Assembly: GCA_013239625.1 (NCBI GenBank)
Contig: MU053881.1
Location: 8,765,957 to 8,825,956, forward strand
Origin: Lama guanicoe
Taxonomy: Eukaryota
Direction of reading: 5' to 3'
DNA: 60,000 bases
Positions 38,406-50,340 of this stretch are shown piece by piece. A model generated the notes under the pieces. That model did no database searches, was not told the DNA's origin, and saw only the letters and a list, made by a program, of their open reading frames with translations. Both the position numbers and the translations under genes were made by a program. Each line of letters opens with the position of its first letter. Position 1 is the first letter of the stretch.

Positions 38406-38428
38406 CCCCCCCCCCCGGCCCCCCCCCC
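38406..38428 (+). repeat. C11-GG-C10 homopolymer tract
   Basis: Read directly from the sequence. Confidence 0.95.
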
Positions 38429-39059
38429 TTCGCCTACCCCATGAAAAGATTTACCGTTCAGTGTGACAGGCAGGGTCTCAGGAAGTCACCAAAGAAACCT
38501 GGTGTTTTGTGAGCAAATCCATTTCAGTCTTTGGGATGAGATGAGGAGTCTCCCCCACCACCCCCAACTCTGAGTTGTTAACTTGGTGACTTTTTTTTCA
38601 AGTTAATTGGTAAAAAGTCTTGATATAGTAGAAGAAAAAAACAAAGACTTCTGACCGTGACTTCCAGCTTGACCTTGAATCCACCATACGCTGTAATTGG
38701 GAATTGGAGAGACAGCCATTTGGAACAGACTTGCATCTGTGCTCACCAGCAGCCAGAGGCAGGCGAGGAAACAGTGAATGTCATCAGATACATTCCAGGA
38801 GCAGAATGACTTCTCCCACTGTGTTCGCTGCCTGTGTCGTTCAGAGCCAAAGACTTTTTGAGCTGGCAGGAACCTTAGGGGATGTTCCTTTATCATACCC
38901 TGCTTCACGCTATTACATTGGTCCTGTGTGTCTGCCTTGTCAATCCAGCCAAATCACAAGCTTCTCAAAGGCAAGCCCCTGCATCTTCTGCTTCCTAGGA
39001 TTTTTGTCTGTTCGTAGGAGGTGCTCACAGATGTCTGCTGAAGGAACACGTGAATTACG

Positions 39060-39290
39060 GCTTCATGGAAAATATACAGGGTTTGGAGTGACGCAAGTCT
39101 GGATTCAAATCCCAGCTCCACTGGGAACTGCATGACATTAGGAAAGCCAGTTAATCTCTCTGAACCTGAGATGCCGCTTCTGAAAGATGGGGAAATAACA
39201 ATACCCACATGATACGTTGGAAGGGCTGACAGAGGTCATTTGTGCCTACAGCGGCTGGCCCACAGGAGGGGTCTGATACATGCATGTGTT
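39060..39290 (+). mobile_element. MIR SINE
   Basis: gggtttggagtgacgcaagtctggattcaaatcccagctccact...gttaatctctctgaacctgag...gatggggaaataacaatacc. Confidence 0.75.
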
Positions 39291-39339
39291 GCATTTCCCC
39301 TTGTCCTTGGAAAGAATACATGAGTCAACTAGGATGTCG

Positions 39340-39820
39340 TGGGCACATGGATACAATGGTGAATTTAGTCCTTATCCTCATGTGGAATTTCCAACTGGAG
39401 AGATAGATCAAAGAAACAAAGAAAACTCAACTCCGGGTAATCCAACAAATACATGAAATACTTACAAACTGTGACAAGTGCCATGAAGGAAACAAGGAAC
39501 TGAGACAGAGGAAACATGGGACTCCAGGGGTATGGTCACTCCTCTCTGAGGACATGATCCAAAAGGAGAGGTCTGAGGATAAGAAGTGGGTAGTCATGCA
39601 AAGAGGGGTGAAAAGAGCATCCCTGGCAGAGGAAACAGCATGTGCAAAGGCCCTGGGGTGGGGACAGCCTAACTTTTGAGGATGTGCACGAAGAGCAGTG
39701 TGGATGGCAGAGCAGATGAGTGGCGGGACAGGAGGGGAGTCTGGCAGAGGACTATGCCATGCATGGTTTCTAGGGCAAGGAGTATGGATTTTAGTCCCAA
39801 TACAAAGGGTTTTAAACTTT
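39340..39820 (-). mobile_element. L2 LINE fragment
   Basis: aagagcatccctggcagaggaaacagcatgtgcaaaggccctggggtg is the reverse L2 hallmark. Confidence 0.8.
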
Positions 39821-39959
39821 GTCTTCTCTGTGAACAAAGGAAGCAGATTTAGGAGCATTCAATCTCAGAAATAACTATGGGGAAATCAGAGACTCTTGGG
39901 GAATTCAGTCAATCCTCTGTCAAGAAAAGGCTTGGCTGTCTCCTTTGGCCTCTGCCTTG

Positions 39960-41350
39960 AGGGTTTTGGTTTTTCTCCAGAATATTCTAAACACCCCTTA
40001 ACAGTGCACCTATCACTCTGTCCACATTTGGATAGAGTTAGACATCTTAAGTTGAACATGACCAATACACGACTCTTGATTTTCACTCCAAACTACCTTC
40101 CTTCGGGCTTGGCCCATGGGGGTGAAAGAAGCCACCCACTAGCTGGGCAGGTGCCATCCCCAGGAGGCAGAGTTGGAGGAAAGTGAGTGTCTGAAAGGGC
40201 TCCTGGGAGCATCATGAGCGAGGGAGCAACAGGCGCAGCCCGGTCAGAGGGAGACACTGAGCGGGGACGCAAAGAGCCCTGGGCCGAGCCCACGCGGAGC
40301 CCTGGAGCGGGGATGGCTCTGCAGAGTGCTTCCCATTTGCGCTGCGGGGTTGGGGTTTTCACAACCTCATCCATCGGACCAGTCGCTGGTGGTGGGCCGT
40401 CCCCAGGGCTGTAACCTTGGGAGCGGTGGCTCTCTCCAGCTGAAGTTCAGTCTCAGAGCGGGACCTGGCTGAGATCTGTCGGGCAGGCAGAGGGATGTGT
40501 GCTCCAGTCCTGGAGGGTGGCATCTGGGCGGGCGCCACACCGTCCGCCTCACAAGGCTTCATTCGGGTTCCTGCCCTTCCTTCACACTTGATCCGTCCTC
40601 ATTTGATTACTTCCCTGCCTCCAACACAGATCCATCCTCTTCCCTCCACTTACACCTCTCGATCACCCTGCGCCTGGCCTCCCACCTACAGCAGCCTCTA
40701 AACAGATCTCCATGTTCCCGCTTTGGTCCTTTACATCTATTCCCTGCTCAGGAGCCAGTCTGAGCATATCGGTGCGCCAGTCTCCCGCTTAAACTCTTCC
40801 AATTCCTGGTCGACAAGGCGCCGGGTTATGGTCTAGCTCACCTCTTCCCAGCCTCCACTGACTCCATGCCACAGGCTTTGCCGGACTTTCTGCTGCCCCT
40901 CGGAGCAGCCAGGCTCCTCCCCATCTCAGGGTGTTCGAGCTGAGTTTCTCTCAGTCTGAAGTGTTCTTAGCTCAGATCTCTGCACGGCTCCTCTTTCTGA
41001 GGTCTTTCCAGTCTCTTTTCAAAGCTCACTTTCTCCAAAAGCACTTCTTGATCAGCCCATCCAACTCCATCATTTTATGGTCCTACCTTGTCCAAGGACC
41101 ACCATCTCCAGTGATGGGTTGTAGACAAGGGGCTAATGGCGCCGGTGCAGAGACACAGCCCTCACTACCGCTCAACACCCATCCCCTGAGCAGCGATCGC
41201 ATTATTTCTTGGCTTATTGTCTGCTTCCTCCAATGACTTGTACCTTTCTTGAGAGCCCAGATGAAGTCTTTCCTCACCACTGTATCCCCAGTCCCTGAAC
41301 AGGGGCCAGCAGATGTTTGGCACTTGGTCAATGTTTAGTAAAGGAATAAA
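39960..41350 (+). mobile_element. L2 LINE interrupted by an LTR
   Basis: gacatcttaagttgaacatgaccaatacacgactcttgattttc before the LTR; cagcagcctctaaacagatctcc...cactgtatccccagtccctgaacagggg after it. Confidence 0.6.
40100..40553 (-). mobile_element. ERVL-class solo LTR (LTR16/LTR40-like) nested in L2
   Basis: GC-rich block with gagccctggagcggggatggctctgcagagt, gaccagtcgctgg, gtaaccttggg, atctgggcgggcgccacac; ends in caca (TGTG on the minus strand). Confidence 0.6.
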
Positions 41351-42567
41351 GGCATGAGCCAATCTAGATCTCGAAAAGTTTATTTTACACTATAGGAAGG
41401 GATGGATTTTAAAAGTTTCCTATCTGCTGCCAGACACGACACTTCTATGTATGTATTCTCTCGTGTCCCCTGCAAAGGACGCTCTGTCACTGTGGTTTTC
41501 AAGGTTTTGGTAAACAAGACCATGTCCTCGTTATGGCCATACCTGGTTATTTTCAACCCTTAAAGAAAAACCTTCATCTTCCTATTCTGGGGGTGCTTTT
41601 TAAGCATATCCTGTGAGAGCCTTGTCATTTTCTTGAGCTTTCAAGCTGGAATTCTCCTCAACTTTTCTGGCATTCTTTTATTACTTATGTACTTATTTTT
41701 AATTAAAAATTTTTTTCTTTTCTTTTTTTCCTTTGTCATTCTGAGCCATCATCACATGGGTCATTTCCATCGAGAACACACAACGGTTCTGGCAAATAGT
41801 GAGGGAATGCAGGTTGGGGGTTAATGTTTTAAGATTCTGAGTGATTCTGTGCATTTTGCAACACCCACCCTCTCAACCGTCGCCCGAATTCAGGCATTAG
41901 TTTACAGCAATCTCAGGGCCAGATCCTGGTTTGTAACCAGCAGCTCAGCGATAAAATTCCTGTAAGTCTGGACGAAGTTCTGGGAAATGTACTTGCTCCT
42001 TATCCGTTACTTCTCTGCCCACCTACGTATGGAGCATTCTATCTTCATAGGTTTGGTATCTCTGCGAACGTGACAATTTCATGGTGCATTTTCTCTTCCA
42101 AATCACTTTTAAAAGATTATGATGAGAAGGGTTTTCATCTCTGAAGAATCCTGTGTTTACCCTCCTCCACCCAGAGAAGAATCCATGTCTCTTTCTCTTT
42201 TGGCCCCCTCCCTCTGTAACAAAGGGGTCCTGCCTGACTCACCTCGCCTTATTTCCTGCTCTTCGGTGCTTCAGTGACCTCGGGAAAGCCTTGCATTTGC
42301 CGCGATGCTGCGCGTGTTAACCTATTACACACTCGGTTCCATTTACCAGGTATTAATCACATCACATGGGCTGTTATTTTGTGTAGTGCCTTCCAAGTTA
42401 ACCACTTCAAAGCATGTTTAGGGAACAGACTTTTATTTTTCCCCTAGCATTTTTCTTGGAAAAGATTGGAGCAAGAATCAGGAGCCCCAGACTATTCTGT
42501 CTCTCCCTTGAGGAGACCTTTCAGACCAAGGGAGAAACACCAATCCCTCTAGGTGGTTTCCAGTCAT

Positions 42568-43497
42568 TAAATTTTTTTCTGTTGAGGTGAAATTCATGTA
42601 ACATAAAATTAACCATTTTAAGGTGCACAATTCTGTGGCACTTTGTGCATTCGTGACGTCATACGAGCACATTTTTGTTCCCCAAATTTTCACCACACCA
42701 AAAAAAACCCCTGTCCCCATGAAGCAGTATCTTCTCTCCTCCCTTCCTGCACCCCAGCTCCTGCTATCCACTAACCTGATTTCCGTCTCTATGGGTTGCC
42801 TGATTCCGGATATTTCTTATACTATATGGAATCACACAATGTGATCTTTTGTGCCTGGCTCCTCTCACTTGGTGTAAGGTTTTCAAGGTCATCTCCACTG
42901 TAGCATCTATCAGTACCTTTTTTGTGCCTGAATACTATTTCACTGTATACGTAGTCGTCCCTTGGTATCTGCAGGGAACTGGCTCCAGGACCCCACTCAG
43001 ATACCACAATCCATGGATGCTCAAGTCGGTTATATAAAATGGCAGAATATTTGATTATAATTACACACATCCTCCTTTAAATTGTCTCAACATCGCCTAT
43101 TTTACCTCGTACAATGTAAATGATGTGCACATAGTTCTAAATACAATGTAAATGTCATGTATGTAACTGTGGGGGGTGGGGAAATCCAAGCTTTGCTTTT
43201 TGGAACTTTCGGGAAATTTGGATCCAGAGTTTGCTGAATCCATGGATGAGGAACCCGTGGACATGGAGGGCTGCCTGGACGTGTATCGCATTTGGTTTGT
43301 TCGTTCATTCATCCACTAATGGACATGTGGGTGGTCTCCATCTTTCGGCCTTTGTGAACAGGGCTGTTCTGGACATTCACATATAAGTATTGATTTAAGT
43401 ACTTGTGCTCAGTTCTTTGGAGGATGTACCCAGGAGTACAACTGCTGGGTCACAGGGTAACTATGACTTTTTGAGAAACCTTTAGCTGTTTTCTAAG
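42568..43497 (-). mobile_element. Old L1M (L1MB-like) 3' end split by MER2
   Basis: ttgaggtgaaattcatgtaacataaaattaaccattttaaggtgcacaattc, tatggaatcacacaatgtgatcttttgtgcctggct, cattcatccactaatggacat, ctgctgggtcacagggtaac. Confidence 0.85.
42952..43277. mobile_element. MER2/MER2B-like Tigger DNA transposon
   Basis: agtcgtcccttggtatctgcaggg...ccaggacccc...atccatggatgctcaagtc...tatataaaatggc; end gaatccatggatgaggaacccgtggacatggagggctgcctg (imperfect terminal inverted repeats). Confidence 0.88.
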
Positions 43498-45854
43498 TGT
43501 TGAGAATGACGGTCGACATTGAACTCCTCAGCAAGTTTCAGTTCTGGTGGGCCCTAAACTTTTGGCCAGTCTTCATGTATTCGACCCATGCCGTGAGCTT
43601 GTGTTTAAACACTTTTAATAAATTCCAAAGACAAGAAGCATCACCAAAGAGCCAGGGAGCAGTAGTTTCAGAAAGAGCAGTTAATACCTCGTACCTTACA
43701 GAACGTTTTAACCCAAGTCAAGGGTTCTCATCTCAGGAAAGCAGTTACAGGGAGAGCCTGGGACAGTGTACATTCCAGGAAAGCTGTCTTATCCCTGACA
43801 TTTTTATTTAAAAAAAAAACAGCTTTTCTTGTTAGCACATATTCCGAGCACTGTATTATAAACAGTACTTACTCTCTCGGCCCAAATATTGCAGAACCTG
43901 ATCAACGAATCCGTGTGTGGGTGAATTTCAAAAGTTTAGGCAGAGAGAGAAACGATGTTCTATCTCAGAAAGCAACATTGCGAAGTCCTTCTCCAGCAAG
44001 GGTTTGAAGAAACCCTGGGCTTCCTATTTCAGTCGTGAGATCAGAGGAGGTCTGAAATATAAGCCCTGAGAAGTGTGTTCTTTGGACCACCAAGCGTGCT
44101 TGTACAGTACTAGCTTTAGGTAAAGAAAGGGTTCCATGATATGTCGGAAATAGCTGGAGTCAATAAAGTTACGGAGATGACTGCATATCTTCACGAGCCT
44201 TTAACATCTTAAATATTCTACATAACCCAGTACCCTCGATAAAATATTTACCATTCTGCTTACTTACTGGATCACGTAAATTTTAACCCACCCATCGTCC
44301 CAGTCTTCAAACTGGTGTTCCACAGAGTACACCTTTGAGAAATAAAGTTCTAATTCATTTCTTTCTGAGTTTCTCACTAAAGCTGAGAAACAAATGAAAA
44401 ATGAACAAAACCCCAATAATGCTTATTTCCTAGATTTTTGTAGGTTCTTAAGACCCAGTCGCTGGCTGGAGGGAGTGAGGGAGGAAGGCGAGAAAGAGAG
44501 AAAGAAGGCACATTCATGTCATAAAAGGTAAAGGGGGCAGATTAAGTACTTCATGGGATTTCTTCAAGGTCTAGAAAGGAAAACCAAACTGATGTGTTTG
44601 AATTCTTGCATAGCTAACAGTTCCTAAGTCACCGAAGCGATCTTAGAGGTGGGGCCAGCCAGCAGAGACAGAGAACTGCTACCCGTTTTCATGCGTTTGT
44701 TACCAATTTCCTTTTTCCACATCAAGAGCGTGTAGAGATCACTGGCATTGGAGTTTGGGGCTCTATTCCCTTTTTTCCAACCCTCAAATAAAGGACAGCT
44801 ATCTTTAATGCAATTTATTTTCCCTTATGAATTCACATCAGACCCTGTGAGACATAAGCCAATACAAGAAGGCCTACCGGTGTACGTACCCACATTTCTG
44901 TACACGTACAACACCCACAGGTACCATATTTTCGTCTTATTTAGTGCTCTTCATGAAATGAAATAACAGCTCTTCTGGGATGTTAATTAAGCTTTATAGC
45001 AACCCCTGTGACATGTGTGCCTGCCTACATATATCTGTTGGACACTGAGAAATTAATGCTTTGCAGAAGTGTGCCATTTAAGTGTGTTTGTAGGCCAGCC
45101 ACATACCCAGTGACAGTGCACAGAACTGATCCACACATATCCACCGTCCCCCAAAACTGCCACCAGAAAAGGCAACTATCATACAGCATCAACACGTAAA
45201 TATCGCCACGGCACTTAATATCCTCTCGGGCGGATCCTGTGGAGTCCCTGTCACAAAACAACTCCCAGGGCAGCAGGCTCTGAAAGCCTGGCTTCCTTGC
45301 AAGGCTCCTGGTTTCTTAAATGCTGGGTTTCCTAGGGCCCCAGGCAAGGCTTTTTAAAAATGCAAGTGTCAAGGAAAACTGTCACGCAAGTTTGCCTTAA
45401 GTACCCGGAAAGCTTGTCATTGCCACCTTGGAAGCCTTGATGAAGATGCAGGCGGACATGCTGAGGCTCGGGAAATTGAAAGCCACCGGGTGGGGAGGTG
45501 GCGGGTGAGACGGAAAGGCGGGTGCCCGCCTTTGGGCATCTCCTTTGTGAGTGGCAGAATTAAACAAAACTCGGGTGCGTCTGGTGAGGGGGAGGCTGCC
45601 TTGCAGACATCTCGGATGCATGGACTTGATCCCGGACCCCTCTAGGGCCCTTGGGCTTGGCTTGGCAAGAGGGGACGTGGTTACATGAGAAACAAAGCAG
45701 GGTCTGCCTTCCTGGGAGGGCTGTGGGGAGGAGGGGTGGATGGGAGGACAGGCCCGGGGAGGGGGAGGAGGAGGGTGTGGGGTCGGCTGGGACAGCACCT
45801 GCTTGTCCTAGGAGGCCGGCCAGGGCAGCGCTCGGCGGGCAAACCAGGCCCAGC

Positions 45855-46050
45855 ATGTGGGGTTTGGAGCTCCATCGCCCCACCTACCACCTGTGCAGCC
45901 TTGGGCAAATGCCTTGGTGTTGAATCTCAGTTTCCTTGTATGGAAAATGGTGAACACGACGGAAAAGAATTCAACGGGATGTTGTGTGGATTAAATGAGG
46001 GGGCTCAGCACATACGTGACACTGGACAGCCCCTCAGTAAGTGCTGGCTT
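45855..46050 (+). mobile_element. MIR SINE
   Basis: ccttgggcaaatgcctt...tctcagtttccttgtatggaaaatgg...ggatgttgtgtggattaaatgag. Confidence 0.7.
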
Positions 46051-47434
46051 TCACTGCACTGGAGATAATTACCAAGGACTCCCATAGGCTGCCTGCTTTA
46101 TGTCTGTCTTGCTTGACAGTCCCTTGTCCTTTCTGTCGCCCTCCCTGTCCCCTTGTTTCCTTACTTCCTCATGGGATCCTTAAGTTAACTGCCGCAAACT
46201 TTCAGTTCTTGTCTTTCTGGTGTGTCAGTCAAAGTCGTTCCCCCTCCTCCCTGCACATGTGACAGTGACACACACCTTTGCCTAAGCCCCTCTGCTGGCT
46301 CGCGTCCCACACAGAACAAAGCACAGGGTGGAAGGTGCCCCCGTCACGGGCCGGGGAGCCTCCCCTGCAGCATCTCCTGGGTCCCAGCCCAGGGATGGAG
46401 GATGCGGGTACACTCTTTTCTGGCCTTTTCTTATTCTCTTGCCTCTGCCTGGAATGCCCTTTGGGTGGGGTGACTCTCACGTTTCCGTCAGAACGGGACC
46501 AGACACTATCCTACAGCCTAAGCCACTCTGACGGCCCCCACCCCACCTTCCCATCCAGCGTCCTGAGCTCACATCCATCTCACAGCTTCCTACAGTAACT
46601 TCGATGATCTGCTCGGCTGTCTTTCTCCCACTCCCTGGAGCTCTCCCAGGGGTCCAGGGCCATGTCTTCTTCCTCCTTCACCCTCAGCGCCTGGCACGGT
46701 GCTCAGCCTCTAACTGGACCTCCCTAAATGTTGGCTGAATTAAGCTGAAGTCCTGTGAACACAGCTGGTGATGGGATTACCAACAGGAGATGGGAAGTAC
46801 AAAAATCCTTATTTCGCATAAAATCGGAGTTTCAGATAAAGAATCTATGTAAGTTTGGCCCGAGGGCCCCTTATTGACGGAGCCCACACATACTTCTTTC
46901 ACCACAGAGGCTGTCTTCAGTGCAGGATTTTCAAGCCCTTGATCACCGTGCACTCCTGTAATAGAACAGTAAGACCGCTGTGCTCGGCGTTTCTCTTGGG
47001 GACTCAGAAACTTGACTAAGTCGTCTTAGTCATCCTTAGAATAACCCCGTTAGGGAGACGGAGGCGAGGTAGATGGAGAAAGAGGCAAATTAAAACCCTG
47101 CCAAGTTATCAATGAGAAAACCGTAAGCAGCAAAGGTGAGTCTTGAAACCCATCGGCACAGTTTGGGGACAAAGCCAAAGGTCCCCACGGCCAGAACCAA
47201 GGGCAGAGAGCGAGTCTGACTCTCCCCACAGCTCTGCCTCCCTCTCTCATTCTCCCTGGCGCGTATGGAGGGGAGCTGAGCGCCCAGAGTCTTCGAGTAT
47301 TATGGAGCACGTTATTCCTTGAAAAAGAAAATCCTTCCCATTCTCTGTCTGAAATCCAACACTGCAGACATCAGGGCTCTCATTTTAAACCCATAAAAGA
47401 AATTTAGGCTATTAAAGGAGGAATCAAGAGAGAC

Positions 47435-47985
47435 TATAACATTCGCATTCAGATAGACCTCATTTGGCACAATCTATCAAAATTCAAAATGCACATTATA
47501 TGTACCCTTTGATCTAGCAGCTTCACTGCCAGGAATTTAAGTTTTGAATGTAATCATGTAAGTAGGCAAAGAAAGATACACACACACACACACACACACA
47601 CACACGACTCTGTGTTACACTTTTGTTTGTAACAGTAAAAACCTGAAAGCAAACTAAATGTCCATCAAGAAGAGATTGGTTAAATAAATTATGGCCTGAT
47701 GGAATACTACACAGACTTTAAAAAAGAACGAGGTAGGTCTGCACAAAATTACCTGAAATGCTTTCTACGATTTCTCATGAAGTTAGAAAAGGAAGTTGCC
47801 AAATGGTAGGTATAACGTGATCCCATTTATATTAAACTTAAAAAAAATATATGCTCAGATACCCATAAACCTTTCTGGAAGCCTAAAATAATAAACTTTC
47901 AAATGAAGTTTCCTTGAAAATATTTTTTACTTTTCTAATTGTTGTATATTTTTACTGAGAGAATGAACACATTTTGTAATAAAAT
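47435..47985 (+). mobile_element. Old L1ME-like fragment
   Basis: tttggcacaatctatcaaaattcaaaatgcac, ccctttgatctagcag, aaactaaatgtccatcaagaagagattggttaaataaattatgg, atggaatactac. Confidence 0.8.
47578..47605 (+). repeat. (AC)14 microsatellite
   Basis: Perfect dinucleotide run. Confidence 0.95.
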
Positions 47986-49732
47986 GACTGGAAATAGCAA
48001 ATCTATTGTATTACGTGCTTCTAATTCTTTGCCTTCAATTCTTGACCATTCCTTTGCAGAAAGAAAGGGAGATAAAGATTGTGTGGGTGACAAGCAGGGG
48101 ACAACGTCCCACAATCCTCATGCAGGAAACAGAGAGGCGGCCGGAGGAAAGCTCTAGCCAGAGGCCTGCCCGCAGCTCTGCTCGGACATTCATTCAGCGT
48201 GTGAGGCCCACGCGTCATCCGGCCTCACCGTCCTCATCTGTACAATAGACATCGTCTGCACAAAGGACCTGAACACGCATTCCGGTCTGAAAGTTCGGCT
48301 GGGGTGCTGCCAAGAGATTCCCTCTTCTCTGAAATGATCAGTCAACCTAAACCACGTGGACCGTGCATCGTTCTTCTGGTCTGCCTTCGGATGCAGTGGG
48401 CAGAATCAAGGGGCCTCCAGAAGACGGCATGTACTGCCTTCTGTCACCTCACCACCAAATCCTTTCCTTCCTCGCCCTCCCCTCTGCCTGCTCCCTTTCT
48501 CCCGGAAACAGCCCTTCAGCCTTTGCTCTGCAGAAAACTCTGTGCTCTTCTCTTTCCCCCAAACTGAATGCACTGTGAATTTAAACATGCACATTGTGGG
48601 CAGGACACGAGGCTGCTCTCATCTTAACACAGAAGTAAACACGCTTCTGTCCTGTTTCGAGACAGGGCCAATGACAGCGAAAACTCAGAGGACACAAAGC
48701 ACACCCAGACACGCACTGAGTGTGTCCTTCCAACCTGGTTCTCACACCCACCCCAGCGCCACACACAGCATCATACTGAAATTCTAGCGGGGGTTAAATG
48801 TATGGGTGCTACCTCTGCCCCACTACACCAAGCCTTTCTCCAGCTAGTGAGAGATTAAATCGCAGGGCTGTACATAGCAGTGAGCCTAATTATTGACATT
48901 AGGACACGCTGACTTTCAGGACAAAACTTTTTGTCTAATGATATGTGGAACTATTCCAACATTACCTATAATAAGGTCCCTGATGGAGCACACTGACCCC
49001 TGCAAAACGTCCTATAGAAGCTTTTCCCCACACGGAAGATAAAATGCATTTTTATATCGCTGAGAATAGAAGCTTGGCGCATGGAATTAAATGTTTCCCA
49101 TTCACCGTTTTGTTAAAAAGCAAAACCAAAAATTCTCCCAAGGACTTCCCCTGGACAAAGGTAAAACTGCTTCTCCAGGCACTTTTAGGAGATGAGAAAA
49201 GCACTGAGTTGTTCCGAGTTAACTTTCTCATCATGAGCCCTCGTAAAGAGCACTGGTTAGTCAGACAATAAATGAGCACGTTTTAATTAGAAAATGTGGG
49301 AATCCAAGCACTTTCGCAGGAAAGAAGACAATGGCTTAAAAGGGACATCAGGAGACTAATCAAAGTTAAAACGCATTAAGTGGCCGCACAGAAACTCGGA
49401 GGTAACGTCGAGGGACGTTTGGGAAGTGAAGCAGCGAGGGGGACGGATCAGAAGCGGAGGAGAGTTACTCCGTGGGCCGCATTCACGCCACTTCACACTG
49501 CAACCCGCTGTAAACCCCCTTCTGTGCCCAGGCAAGCGAGGGAACCCAGTGCCCAGCACCTCCGCCGCCCCCACCCTGGCCAGGACCGCGAGGCCAGAGG
49601 AGAAAAATCACTGTATTTGGGCAATAAGAGAAAGTGGCTGGGGCAAAACTAGCATTAAACTTGACCTGGGTGTGCTTGTTCGCCCGCCAGACTTTCATCG
49701 CGGAGCCTCCTAACACCAGGGGGTTTGGCTGC

Positions 49733-50004
49733 GGCCACGCCCTCCTCCCCAGCATCAGGTCCACGTGGCCACGCCCCCTCCCCGGCATCGGGTCCACGTG
49801 GCCACGCCCTCCTCCCCGGCATCGGGTCCACGTGGCCACGCCCTCCTCCCTGGCATCGGGTCCACGTGGCCACGCCCCCTCCCCGGCATAGGGTCCACGT
49901 GGCCACGCCCCCTCCCCGGCATAGGGTCCACGTGGCCACACCCCCTCCCCGGCATAGGGTCCACGTGGCCACGCCCTCCTCCCCGGCATCGGGTGGGTCC
50001 ACGT
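49733..50004 (+). repeat. GC-rich minisatellite, 8 units, consensus GGCCACGCCC(T)CCTCCCCGGCATMGGGTCCACGT
   Basis: Units start at 49733, 49767, 49800, 49834, 49868, 49901, 49934 and 49967; lengths 34, 33, 34, 34, 33, 33, 33, 38; head-to-tail with no spacers. Confidence 0.97.
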
Positions 50005-50340
50005 GGGCACGGGATCCGGGCCTGGCCAATCATCACAGCCTCCCGACTGGGTCAGCTGCGGGCCTGCGACTCTAGGTGGGTTCCCGAAACTCCGTCAAAG
50101 GAGGTTTGTTGAAATACCAAGAGGAAGAAACCCTCTTCCTGCTAGTTCCTAAGCCGTGAGAGGCTAGCCCGGAGTTCCCACAGAGATCTCACAAAAGGAG
50201 GCCTGCTTAAGAACGATGCTGGAAAACAGAAAAGCAAAGCGAAGAGGAGAGAGAGAGAACCTAATGCCTGAGTTTAAGTTCTCGAATCCAGTTCTGCCTG
50301 CATCTTGATTCTGTTCCAGACCTTCCATCTTCCCAAATTT
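49990..50340. mobile_element. Old MaLR LTR relic (MLT1J/K/L-like) abutting or hosting the minisatellite
   Basis: gggcacgggatccgggcctggccaatca and gcctgcttaagaacgatgctggaaaacagaaaagcaaagcgaagaggagagagagagaacctaatg...gaatccagttctgcctg resemble old MLT1 consensus phrases. Confidence 0.55.

Noticed and set aside
49733..50004. CRISPR-like array (33-34 bp repeats containing palindromes)
   Set aside because: Units are head-to-tail with no unique spacers, there are no cas genes, and the context is a mammalian intron.
49483..50112. Overlapping repetitive ORFs in several frames (WPRGPYAGEG etc.)
   Set aside because: By-product of a stop-poor GC-rich tandem repeat; the 33/34 bp length changes shift frames, which argues against coding.
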